Positions 38,003 through 46,385 of a stretch of DNA of 47,053 nt are shown in pieces. Under the pieces are notes generated by a model. That model searched no databases. It was not told the DNA's origin and saw nothing but the letters and a program-made list of their open reading frames with translations. Source of the stretch: a virus (taxonomy: Duplodnaviria > Caudoviricetes); the IMG/VR virus record IMGVR_UViG_3300027901_000011, positions 1-47,053 of that record. One strand, 5' to 3'. The position numbers and the translations under genes were made by a program. The number at the start of each line of letters is the position of its first letter. Position 1 is the first letter of the stretch.

Positions 38003-38518
38003 ATGAGTTATGAAAAAGCAACGACAAAGCAGATAAAACAAGCATTGCAATCGCACTTTGACTATAAATTCTCAGTGCGGCAAGGACGCGGGACCGCCCA
38101 CCATTGGATTTCGGTTCGATGGACGGATGGACCAACACAAGAGGCAGTCAGGCTTTTTTGCGGCAAGTATAACGATTCTGCAAATGATGATATTATAACC
38201 GATTTATGGTGTGGCTCACAGTACACCACAGTGTCTCGGTCTTATTCGGAAAAATACTGTTTTTTGCTGAATAACTTATTGGACCTGCGAACCCCGCCGA
38301 CACTTCAGGCGCAAATATATAATTATTATACCTTGCTAATTCGCAGACACGGGCCAGCCGCAAATATCAAATTCTCCAGAGTCAAGAACCATTTTGAAAT
38401 AGAAACAGACGATGCCCGTTGGCTTGACAATGCCGACATAGTTGAAAAGTGCTTAACCCAACAAGGCTATAAAGTAGACCGATTAGCGGACGGCAAGCGA
38501 TTTTGTGTGAGCAAATAG
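38003..38518 (+). CDS. LPD29-like domain protein
   Basis: IKQAL..F..KFSVR...ISVRWTDGPT...V signature. Confidence 0.65.
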   Translation: MSYEKATTKQIKQALQSHFDYKFSVRQGRGTAHHWISVRWTDGPTQEAVRLFCGKYNDSANDDIITDLWCGSQYTTVSRSYSEKYCFLLNNLLDLRTPPTLQAQIYNYYTLLIRRHGPAANIKFSRVKNHFEIETDDARWLDNADIVEKCLTQQGYKVDRLADGKRFCVSK

Positions 38519-38661
38519 GATAGATGACTAACCCCAAACCATAGCCCTTTTTAAGGACCGATACTACTGATAACCGATAAACTGCCGGCCAGAAAGCGGC
38601 AAATTGTCGAAATGCGGGGATAAACCACCAACCAAGGCCCGTTTGACCATCCTGCGGCGCG

Positions 38662-38847
38662 TCAGGACGTCTCACGGGCCTTGTGTGTGGCGTCAAGCAG
38701 GTCGCTACTCTCAGAATAAAGAGACCGAAGCTCCTCACCAAGCCGAACGGCACGCTTCTGCAGATCAGCCAGGTCGGCAAGTAAAGACATAACCTGACGG
38801 CCTAAGTCCTGACAGCGACGACTGCGCTCCAAAAAATCATTCGTCAT
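38662..38847 (-). CDS. Small hypothetical protein
   Basis: 61 aa, coupled to the upstream minus-strand ORF. Confidence 0.35.
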   Translation of the reverse strand: MTNDFLERSRRCQDLGRQVMSLLADLADLQKRAVRLGEELRSLYSESSDLLDATHKARETS

Positions 38848-39175
38848 AAGCCAAACCTATCCGGTCAGAACCAGGTGAAAACCAATACTCGCAGCCCCTC
38901 GGCAAATCATCCAAACAACAGCGAACTAACCTGTGATAACAGTCAGAACATGAAAAACCGTCAACGTCAGCCATTATCTCCAAACTCCGCAACCGACGGT
39001 CATACGCCTTCTCATCCCGCCAGCGGTCAAGCTGCTCAGACCGCTCGGCCTCAGTTAAACCACGCCACCATGCCTGACGCTTCACCTTCGGCTTCCAAGC
39101 ATCCAACTTACGCTGTCCTGACCTTTTTTTTGACACTATCTCGCTATTTCCCCACTTTTCGCGCAATTTCTCCAT
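38837..39175 (-). CDS. Hypothetical protein with Cys-rich C-terminus
   Basis: Likely start MEKLREK at 39175 (GGAG RBS); CSDC..CC...C. Confidence 0.45.
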   Translation of the reverse strand: MEKLREKWGNSEIVSKKRSGQRKLDAWKPKVKRQAWWRGLTEAERSEQLDRWRDEKAYDRRLRSLEIMADVDGFSCSDCYHRLVRCCLDDLPRGCEYWFSPGSDRIGLAYDE

Positions 39176-39493
39176 GTCTCCAAGATATAGCAAAAGCCTA
39201 ATTAAGCTTGTAAAGAGTAAACATCTAATTTCCTTAGCATACAAGCAACCAGGGAAACTGAAATAACATTCGAAGGAGGTCGTTGCGAGCCAGGTAGAGG
39301 CAAGATTCGGAGAGAAGCCCCCCGTTTCCAGGAGGCTTCGTGTATGAACCAGCTGTCGGCTGAGTTCATCGATCGCCCTGTATCGTCTAACCATTATGCC
39401 CAGCAGTAAGCTACTTCGCAAGATACAGTCCGAGTACACCAAAAAGGTGGCAGTAAGTGTCCGGCAACCCTCTTACTGACTTGAATGCTCCGC

Positions 39494-39531
39494 TGTGATA
39501 CACGCTATCCTTTGTGACACACGCTATCCTT
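39494..39531 (+). repeat. 19-bp tandem duplication
   Basis: TGTGA(T/C)ACACGCTATCCTT x2. Confidence 0.75.
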
Positions 39532-39956
39532 TCCTGCTGCCGATAGCTTTGCATGACTTCCTGCGCCGCAGCGCCAGACTCGAAAGTCACGAGCCTAAAT
39601 TAAATGTCTATCGACCAAAAAAGCAAAAACGATAGTGGATAGGCCGAAGCATCCTTTCGGAGCCTGCATCTACTTATTAAGCCTTGAGAGGTTCATGCAG
39701 TAACCATCGGCCTATCCAGACATCTAATTCATGCTCCTTTGGCACATCAACATAACTACAAAAGAATACTGCTGCCGTCAAGGAAAAAATTCAAAATCTT
39801 GAAAAATTATTCTGTCCCATTCCCCCGCCTTTTGTTTGGTAAACAGCTAACAATATACTCAATATTTTCGTTTTTTGCCAAAAACTTGATTACCCACGCC
39901 AAAACGAAATTTCGTAACCTTAAACTCTGCGAAGGCCAAAATTTTTTTACAAATTC

Positions 39957-39986
39957 TCAAGTTTTAGCTTGCCTTCCGCCGATGAA
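39957..39986 (+). promoter_or_regulatory. Putative early promoter, second copy (TCAAGTTT-N13-GCCGAT)
   Basis: Shares TTACAAAT, TCAAGTTTT, CGCCGAT, AAGAGTA and ATTATG with 36041-36100. Confidence 0.5.
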
Positions 39987-40142
39987 AGAGTAAGTTTGTA
40001 ATTATGGTTGTCATTTGTATCATTCTGTTTGGCTCTTTTGAACCTTCGACAAAGCACAGCAAGCCTGCGTTGTGGGGCCGGCGCATGCTTTCGCATCGAT
40101 GACAACCATCTCTGTGCCGGCCCCAATTTTTTGAGGTGAGCT

Positions 40143-40364
40143 ATGTCGCGTAGAAGTAGGGGAAAAAACCAGGGTGAAACAGAAACAAAAGTCATGGCGA
40201 TAGTCATGGAAAGCCACGAACTTCTCCAACTTCTTGCCGACCTTGGAAAGGAATATGAGAACGCAGGACTTAATGTTTTTCTTGCCGGTTTTGCCACAGG
40301 GGTCGAATTCGCCTGCGAGTTAGTAGATGATGGTATATTGCCATTCAAAAAGGATACAGTATGA
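40143..40364 (+). CDS. Hypothetical protein
   Basis: 73 aa; GAGGTG RBS. Confidence 0.55.
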   Translation: MSRRSRGKNQGETETKVMAIVMESHELLQLLADLGKEYENAGLNVFLAGFATGVEFACELVDDGILPFKKDTV

Positions 40365-40669
40365 CCACACTCACAATAGATCTGCGAAATACAACCATAA
40401 CAATGCAATACGCCCAAGTTGTCTCGGCTGTGGTCAAGGCAATGGCACAAGAGCTACACGGCCAGCATGAACTCAGGCCGGACACACTGATCTACGTCTG
40501 GCAGAAACTCCACGGAACCAAACTTGCCGGCGAGATAACCTTCGGGTACATGCTGGGCTTTGCGAAAGCGTGTGACAAAATATTGAACGGCGAACTGAAA
40601 CTAAAAGTCATACAAAATGTGCCAGGGGCAGGAGATGTACGGGAAAATAAAGGCATGGACGATATCTGA
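40361..40669 (+). CDS. Hypothetical protein
   Basis: 102 aa; ATGA overlap. Confidence 0.55.
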   Translation: MTTLTIDLRNTTITMQYAQVVSAVVKAMAQELHGQHELRPDTLIYVWQKLHGTKLAGEITFGYMLGFAKACDKILNGELKLKVIQNVPGAGDVRENKGMDDI

Positions 40670-40714
40670 CATCGAAAGCACCTGCCCCTGGCTTATTTAG
40701 AAAGGAGAATTGAT

Positions 40715-41170
40715 ATGGATAGTGAAAAAAGAATTGTAGAAATCCATGGCATCAAGATGGAAGTAGATTTGCGCTACGCCAAGCGCATAGACACCTATCG
40801 TGTCGGAGATGCTGTTAAACTATTAATAAAAGAACATAGTTACAGCAGTTCTTACTCCACATATCCTGGTGTTATCGTTGGCTTTTGCGGCTTTGCACAC
40901 CAACCTGCTATCGAAATTCTCTATCTCAAAAACGATGGCGATATATGTTTAATGGCCTTTAGCGAAAAGGCAGATGCTGAACTCGCGCCCTTCAATGATT
41001 ACGAGATTGTTTTTACCCGTGCGGATGTCTTAGAAAAGATGGACCGTAAAATTTTCGAGAAAGAAGAAGAACTGCACACATTGAAACTCAAGCGAGAGGC
41101 ATTTGTCAAACATTTTGGCGAGGCATTTCCAAGAGAAATGGAAGTTGCATTAGAAAAGGAGAAACCATGA
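40715..41170 (+). CDS. Hypothetical phage protein
   Basis: 151 aa; GAAAGGAG RBS; C-terminal coiled coil. Confidence 0.65.
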   Translation: MDSEKRIVEIHGIKMEVDLRYAKRIDTYRVGDAVKLLIKEHSYSSSYSTYPGVIVGFCGFAHQPAIEILYLKNDGDICLMAFSEKADAELAPFNDYEIVFTRADVLEKMDRKIFEKEEELHTLKLKREAFVKHFGEAFPREMEVALEKEKP

Positions 41171-41238
41171 AAACATTTACACTATAAGGAGAAACAATAT
41201 GGAGAATAACAAAAGCGACTTATTTGAATGGAAAAATA

Positions 41239-41397
41239 ATGAACATCGATAGAGAATGTGAGCGTATCGAAAACAACCCAAATCTAACGGATGAAGAAAA
41301 ATCTCAACGCATAGCTGACTTGGAGCAAGATGCACGCGACATGCATGGCCAATACTTAGCTGAACGCGAAGAATTAGATAGGAAGTATGGTTATTGA
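41239..41397 (+). CDS. Small acidic protein (52 aa, not in the ORF track)
   Basis: MNIDRECERIENNPNLTDEEKSQRIADLEQDARDMHGQYLAEREELDRKYGY*. Confidence 0.45.
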   Translation: MNIDRECERIENNPNLTDEEKSQRIADLEQDARDMHGQYLAEREELDRKYGY

Positions 41398-41417
41398 CAA
41401 GCCACGCACGAACTAAG

Positions 41418-41552
41418 GACGGTGGGGTGGACAGGGATGTTCTGCCGAATACCCCGCAGGGATGCTTGCTTACGGAGAAGCGCCGGAGACGCACAACTGT
41501 TAGGCTATCGCATCGTCATCCGGCTTGCCGTAGCATCCCCACCGTCTTTTTT
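41418..41552 (+). ncRNA. Candidate structured RNA / long hairpin ending in a U tract
   Basis: GACGGTGGGG pairs with CCCCACCGTC; GGGATGCT..ACGG with CCGTAGCATCCC; CCGGA with TCCGG; followed by T6. Confidence 0.4.
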
Positions 41553-41592
41553 GAACCGTGACGCGGCCCAGCGCATTAGAAAAGGAGAAACC

Positions 41593-42108
41593 ATGAAAAC
41601 ATTTACACTATGCAGTATTATCTTATTTTGTGCCGGCTGCAGTGAGTTCGTGGCCGGTGTGACCGGCGGTGCAGCCACGACCGAAACATTACACGCCTGG
41701 CAGCAGAACCTGGAAGCCAAACAGGCAGAGCTGCAGAGCCGCTACAACGCGGTATTAGCCGAGATTGAGGCGGCACCAGATCCTAACGCACTGGCGATGG
41801 CGCGCAAGAAACTGGAAGCCGTACAGGACATGCAACTCGCCAATGAGTCGGCACTTGTAACCGTCAAGAGCCTGCTGGCCATGCCTAAGCCAGACGCAGA
41901 CACGCGAGGCGACTGGCAGCAGTGGCTTGCGGCGCTAATAGCAAGCGTAGGTGCGCTCGGGTACCAGACCTGGACCAAAAAGACAGTAGCCAACAAGTAC
42001 GCCGCACATAAAGATGGCCAGATAAAGTTCAATCTGGAAAACCCAGAGGCGGCGAAGGCGCTGTATGAGATTATTGGTAATAGCAGAAACGCCAGGGGAA
42101 TAAAATAA
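41593..42108 (+). CDS. Lipoprotein with a coiled coil and a C-terminal hydrophobic segment
   Basis: Start MKTFTLCSIILFCAGC (lipobox-like) at 41593 with a strong RBS. Confidence 0.65.
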   Translation: MKTFTLCSIILFCAGCSEFVAGVTGGAATTETLHAWQQNLEAKQAELQSRYNAVLAEIEAAPDPNALAMARKKLEAVQDMQLANESALVTVKSLLAMPKPDADTRGDWQQWLAALIASVGALGYQTWTKKTVANKYAAHKDGQIKFNLENPEAAKALYEIIGNSRNARGIK

Positions 42109-42220
42109 GTGGCGACTGGTGGTCAAGGACCCCTCGCGTGGGTGGTCCGCACCAGGTATCGGCTGGCCGGGCTTAGACTCGCATTCGTCACCGGCCAGCC
42201 TGTTTTGGAAAGGTTAAAAA

Positions 42221-42772
42221 ATGAGAAAAGAAATGTCGGGACTCAAAAGGTGGAAGAAATTTGTGATATTTGCGCAAAATGTGATTGAAACTTTAATTGG
42301 GATTGCAGTGATAATTCTCTTACCGATCAGCTTAAACGCCACGATGTTCATAGGGGCCTTCGCGGCAAATTGCCCGCCCGCTACACCTGTGGATCCAAAT
42401 CAATGTGCCTTTGACTTTGCACCGATCGTGGACGGCAGTGAGGTACGACAATGCTTGCAAGTCTGGGTCAACGAACAGTACACAGGCTGTCTGACAGCGT
42501 GTGAACCGGACGGCGAAGCTGTCATTGTTGCTACTGTAAATGTACCGCCAGGTGTGAACTTGGATCTGGCAGCGATAGATACGGTCACAGACCCGAACAC
42601 CGGCGCGGTAACACGAGCATATCAATGGACATGGACGCCAACCGAGGCGCAAGTTGGTGTTCATTACCTCAGTTTCATCGCTGTCGACCCGCACAACGCG
42701 ACTGATAAAATGACGGTTGCTGTTCTGGTGAAACTGAACAAACCGCCAGTGATAGGACCTTGTGGGGGTTGA
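42221..42772 (+). CDS. Membrane-anchored Ig-like / cadherin-like domain protein
   Basis: N-terminal TM segment; PDG...PPG...WTWTP...Q.G...F.A.D...N.PP pattern. Confidence 0.65.
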   Translation: MRKEMSGLKRWKKFVIFAQNVIETLIGIAVIILLPISLNATMFIGAFAANCPPATPVDPNQCAFDFAPIVDGSEVRQCLQVWVNEQYTGCLTACEPDGEAVIVATVNVPPGVNLDLAAIDTVTDPNTGAVTRAYQWTWTPTEAQVGVHYLSFIAVDPHNATDKMTVAVLVKLNKPPVIGPCGG

Positions 42773-42799
42773 TATAGTCCGGATGAAAGGAGAAAGGAC

Positions 42800-42946
42800 A
42801 TGGACACAATACAGCTTTCAGTCGCCATTTACTTTATTCCTCTAATCATTATAGACTCCATACAAACCTTCATGTTGATTGTCTTTTGGCTGATTCTAAA
42901 ATTTCACCTCCGAATAGACCACAATTACAAACGAAAGGAAAATTGA
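42800..42946 (+). CDS. Small membrane protein (48 aa, not in the ORF track)
   Basis: MDTIQLSVAIYFIPLIIIDSIQTFMLIVFWLILKF...; GAAAGGA RBS. Confidence 0.45.
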   Translation: MDTIQLSVAIYFIPLIIIDSIQTFMLIVFWLILKFHLRIDHNYKRKEN

Positions 42947-42958
42947 AAGGGTAGAAAC

Positions 42959-43681
42959 ATGAAGAATAAAGGCATGTTCTGGCATGTGCACCACAATCGG
43001 CTACTTGAATACTGCTATGACTATCGGGGCCGGCTGAACACCATCAATACTACCAAACCAAAAGCTGAGCGCAAATTGCGCAAAAGGCTGATCAAGCCGG
43101 TAAAAGGCAAACTGCCAGCAAAATTAACCAAAGCGTGGCAAGCCTACGCCAAAGCACGGCAAGCCTACCTCAAAGCGGAGCAAGCGTACGACAAAGCGGA
43201 CCAAGCCTCCGACAAAGCACGGCAAGCCTGCAACAAAGCGTGGCAAGCCTACGACAAAGCACGGCAAGCCTGCAACAAAGCGTGGCAAGCCTATGTCAAC
43301 ACAGGGCAATCCTACGATAAAGCACAGGGAGCCTGCGTCAAAGCGGAGCAAGCCTGCGTCAAAGCACCGCAAGCCTTCGCCAAAGCACGGCAAGCCTACG
43401 ACAAAGCGGAGCAATCCTACGACAAAGCACGGCAAGCCTGCAACAAAGCGTGGCAAGCGTACGACAAAGCGGGCCAAGCCTCGGACAAAGCACAGCAAGC
43501 CTGCGCCAAAGCGGAGCAAGCCTACGACAAAGCACGACGAGCCTACGACAACGCACGACCAACCTACAATGAAGTGCTGGAAAACTATTTACCCATATTA
43601 GAAGTCCTGCACGCTAAAGAATGCCCAGATTGTCCTTGGGATGGCAAAAAAATAATATTCAATTCAGGTGCAAGCAGTTAG
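42959..43681 (+). CDS. Heptad-repeat protein A (21 x KAxQAxx)
   Basis: WHVHH N-terminus, HAKECPDCPW C-terminus, 21-bp tandem units at 43130-43570. Confidence 0.8.
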   Translation: MKNKGMFWHVHHNRLLEYCYDYRGRLNTINTTKPKAERKLRKRLIKPVKGKLPAKLTKAWQAYAKARQAYLKAEQAYDKADQASDKARQACNKAWQAYDKARQACNKAWQAYVNTGQSYDKAQGACVKAEQACVKAPQAFAKARQAYDKAEQSYDKARQACNKAWQAYDKAGQASDKAQQACAKAEQAYDKARRAYDNARPTYNEVLENYLPILEVLHAKECPDCPWDGKKIIFNSGASS

Positions 43682-43762
43682 AAAAAGCAGGCAAGGAAAT
43701 CAATAGCATAACGGCTATTTGGAATTGGCCTAAATTACTATGCTAATTGAAAGGGTGGAACA

Positions 43763-44221
43763 ATGAAAAACAAAGGCATGTTCTGGCATGTGCACCATAA
43801 TCAGCTGCTTGAATACTGCTATGATTATAAGCGCCGGCTGAACACCATCAATACTACCAAACCAAGAAATGAGCGCAAATTGCGCAAAAGGCTGATCAAG
43901 CCGGTAAAAGGCAAACTGCCAGCAAAATTAACCAACGCACTGCAAGCCTACGCCAAAGCAGGGCAAGCCTGCGTCAAAGCACGGCAACCCTGCGTCAAAG
44001 CAGGGCAAGCCTACGTCAAAGCGGAGCAAGCCTGCAACAAAGCGTGGCAAGCCTACAACAAAGCACGGCAAGCCTACGACAAAGCACAGCGAGCCTACGA
44101 CAACGCAGAACTCATCTACGATAGAGTGCTGGAAAATTATTTACCCGAATTAGAAGTCCTGCACGCTAAAGAATGCCCAGATTGTCCGTGGGACGGCAAA
44201 AAAATAATATTCAATAAATAA
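43763..44221 (+). CDS. Heptad-repeat protein B (9 units), paralog of A
   Basis: Near-identical termini; repeat units at 43934-44122. Confidence 0.8.
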   Translation: MKNKGMFWHVHHNQLLEYCYDYKRRLNTINTTKPRNERKLRKRLIKPVKGKLPAKLTNALQAYAKAGQACVKARQPCVKAGQAYVKAEQACNKAWQAYNKARQAYDKAQRAYDNAELIYDRVLENYLPELEVLHAKECPDCPWDGKKIIFNK

Positions 44222-44341
44222 GTCCCTGTGGGGGATAGAAAGGAGAAGCCATCACTGAGAAACCAATAATATTTTCGCCTCGTATGGATGGGAAACAAAC
44301 CCCTACGTCTGGGCAATAACATTCACGCGGAAACCGAAACC

Positions 44342-45046
44342 ATGACTGGCAAAAGTAATATGTATACCAAATCCGTGAAGCAGTGGAACCCGTTTGTTGG
44401 GTGTCGTTTTGATTGTAGCTACTGCTTTGCATCTTTCCGCCGACAGATAAGGCGGTGGGGCAAGAAGCACTGCCAGAAGTGCTATAATTTTGAGCCGCAC
44501 TTTCACCCTGAACGATTAACTCAGTGGCTACCAAGAACGAAGCCGGGAGAATTTATCTTTGCGTGCGCGATGGGCGATGTTGCCTTTGCTGAGAGGTCGA
44601 ATTTGTACCACATAAATTCACTGATATGGGCGTGGCCCGACCGGACCTTCTTACTTCAATCAAAGAACCCATCGTGTTTTTCGGACCGTCAGTTACGTTT
44701 GCCCGACAACGTCATTCTCGGCACCACCATCGAGACCAACCGCGATAAAGGTTACGACAAAATCTCAAAGGCCCCACCGCCAAGTCAGCGGTTCGCAGAG
44801 TTTCTGGAAGTTAAGCATCCACGAAAGATGCTAACAATCGAACCGATTATGGACTTTGACCTTGATGTGATGGCCCACTGGATTCGGCAGGTCAATCCCG
44901 AAACCGTCTGGATCGGCTACGACTCAAAAAAGACCGGCTTACCAGAGCCGCCTTTGTCGAAGACCCAGGAGATTGTACGTATACTTCAGCCTTTTATTTT
45001 CACTAAGACAATGCGTCCCAGCCTGCAGGAGAAACCGAAGCCATGA
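44342..45046 (+). CDS. DUF5131 / Gp37-Gp68-like radical-SAM-type protein
   Basis: WNPFVGCRFDCSYC (CxxxCxxC), MGD, LQSKNP, GTTIET, IEPI, WIGY motifs; start uncertain (44342 or 44288). Confidence 0.75.
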   Translation: MTGKSNMYTKSVKQWNPFVGCRFDCSYCFASFRRQIRRWGKKHCQKCYNFEPHFHPERLTQWLPRTKPGEFIFACAMGDVAFAERSNLYHINSLIWAWPDRTFLLQSKNPSCFSDRQLRLPDNVILGTTIETNRDKGYDKISKAPPPSQRFAEFLEVKHPRKMLTIEPIMDFDLDVMAHWIRQVNPETVWIGYDSKKTGLPEPPLSKTQEIVRILQPFIFTKTMRPSLQEKPKP

Positions 45047-45129
45047 CCCACGATGAATTTGAAAAACGCTTTGTGAACCGGATAGTATGTGGCGACGCAG
45101 AGGGCAGGGCAATTAGGACTGTGGAGTAA
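45043..45129 (+). pseudogene. N-terminal stub resembling a beta-class DNA methyltransferase
   Basis: MTHDEFEKRFVNRIVCGD with an AGGAG RBS, running straight into the 29-bp repeat. Confidence 0.45.
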
Positions 45130-45232
45130 ATGAAGCAGATATAGCGGCGATTTTAAGACCGGCGTTGCCGATGATGCACACCAGGTGTTTCTCGGTGCCG
45201 TGATTAAGCTTTCGTGAAAGGAGAACAATGTC

Positions 45233-45538
45233 ATGAATAAAAGTACACAAACAGAATATGAGAAAATTGCAGCTTTAATAGCCGCGACTGCAAGTGAAGA
45301 CAAAATGAAATCATTTGCTGAACAGGCATTAACGATGGCTGTTCAATCGTATGATGTTCGGGACAAACTGAAGACGCTAATCAGTCCTAAAGTGACACAA
45401 TTAGCCGCGCAACTGATTAAAACTAAGATATTTCAACAAAAACTGGAAACAGCAGTAAGTGATGAGTTAATCGCGTTAATTAACCCAGCGGTACAGCTTG
45501 TTTGCCGAGAATTACTCTCTGGAATAACGAAAAAATAA
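45233..45538 (+). CDS. Hypothetical protein
   Basis: 101 aa; GAAAGGAG RBS. Confidence 0.6.
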   Translation: MNKSTQTEYEKIAALIAATASEDKMKSFAEQALTMAVQSYDVRDKLKTLISPKVTQLAAQLIKTKIFQQKLETAVSDELIALINPAVQLVCRELLSGITKK

Positions 45539-45794
45539 ACTACCATGATAACCAGTTTTGTTTTTGGGCTGGCGGCAGCAGGAGTTCTTAGATTCGCTTT
45601 GTTGGGTAAATCCTGTCTGTTGGCCGAGGCCATATAATACAGACCCCCCTGCCCGCCAGCCTATATATTTGGGACAGCTGTTGAGACCGGTAGTCTAAGG
45701 ACAAGAGAGGTGGAGTCTTATACCGTGAAGATATGACAAGTCACGAGATGATAAGAGACGTAGAGCAATGAAAAGAGAATAGAACTTGACGTAA

Positions 45795-45886
45795 CGAGTG
45801 GACAAGACGAGTTGCGAGGCAACCGAGTTGTACCCCAACAGGCAGAAAAAGCGTTCAGAATTTTAAGCAGAAGGCAGGGCAGTTAG
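45795..45886 (+). pseudogene. Remnant resembling a C5 cytosine methyltransferase C-terminus
   Basis: ...DELRGNRVVPQQAEKAFRIL resembles motif X (LGN.V.P); a frameshifted RVD lies just upstream. Confidence 0.45.
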
Positions 45887-45895
45887 GACTGTGGA

Positions 45896-46099
45896 GTGAA
45901 TGAAATGGCGAAGAAAGAAAAAGACGTAGTTTACAAATGCGGGCCGCTCGAAGTGGCGAAGGTTGTCACGCCTGTGAAATATGTTCTCTGCCGCTGTGTT
46001 GGGTTTAATAAAGAGCCTTTCGCAGAGACGAGAGACCTTAATGAGGCAAAGAAAATCGTTAATGCTCTACATCTACACGAGACTAAATGGAACAAGTAA
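45896..46099 (+). CDS. Hypothetical protein
   Basis: 67 aa, starting within repeat copy 2. Confidence 0.5.
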   Translation: MNEMAKKEKDVVYKCGPLEVAKVVTPVKYVLCRCVGFNKEPFAETRDLNEAKKIVNALHLHETKWNK

Positions 46100-46149
46100 T
46101 GCGAATAATCGGAATAGACCCAGGGCAGTTAGCACTGTGGAGTAAATGA
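46099..46149 (+). pseudogene. RuvC-like N-terminal stub fused to the repeat
   Basis: MRIIGIDPG then QLALWSK*; start coupled to the upstream stop (TAATG). Confidence 0.6.
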
Positions 46150-46174
46150 AATAGTGAAGAAAAAGGCTAAATAA

Positions 46175-46372
46175 ATGTCATATTGCCCATATTACAATTT
46201 GGATTGCCCCTCTTGGGACGATGCAGCAGATGAGTGCACTGGAGAATTTTATGCTATTGTCTTTCAGAACCCACAACAAGCGTGGCAAAAGCGCTGTGCA
46301 GAAATACGACAGAAATTAAAGGAAACCCAAAATGGTCGTCAAATAGGGGCCGAAAAAGAGCAGGGCAGTTAG
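46175..46372 (+). CDS. Small Cys-containing hypothetical protein
   Basis: 65 aa, ending inside repeat copy 4. Confidence 0.45.
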   Translation: MSYCPYYNLDCPSWDDAADECTGEFYAIVFQNPQQAWQKRCAEIRQKLKETQNGRQIGAEKEQGS

Positions 46373-46385
46373 CATTGTCGAGTGA

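Larger units (their letters stand above)
41147..41611 (+). repeat. 39-bp perfect direct repeat flanking an insert
   Basis: GCATTAGAAAAGGAGAAACCATGAAAACATTTACACTAT at 41147-41185 and 41573-41611. Confidence 0.9.

Noticed and set aside
41422-41592. N-terminal extension of the lipoprotein ORF in the track
   Set aside because: The strong RBS and signal peptide start at 41593; the extension overlaps the hairpin element.
42109-42205. Possible tRNA
   Set aside because: No T-loop GTTCRA or cloverleaf; only a simple hairpin. I saw no tRNA elsewhere by eye.
43124-43601. Alternative-frame and antisense ORFs over the heptad array
   Set aside because: They result from a 21-bp repeat with no stops in other frames.
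42959-44221. Diversity-generating retroelement TR/VR pair
   Set aside because: No reverse transcriptase in the window, differences are not adenine-specific, and both copies are intact ORFs with tandem repeats.
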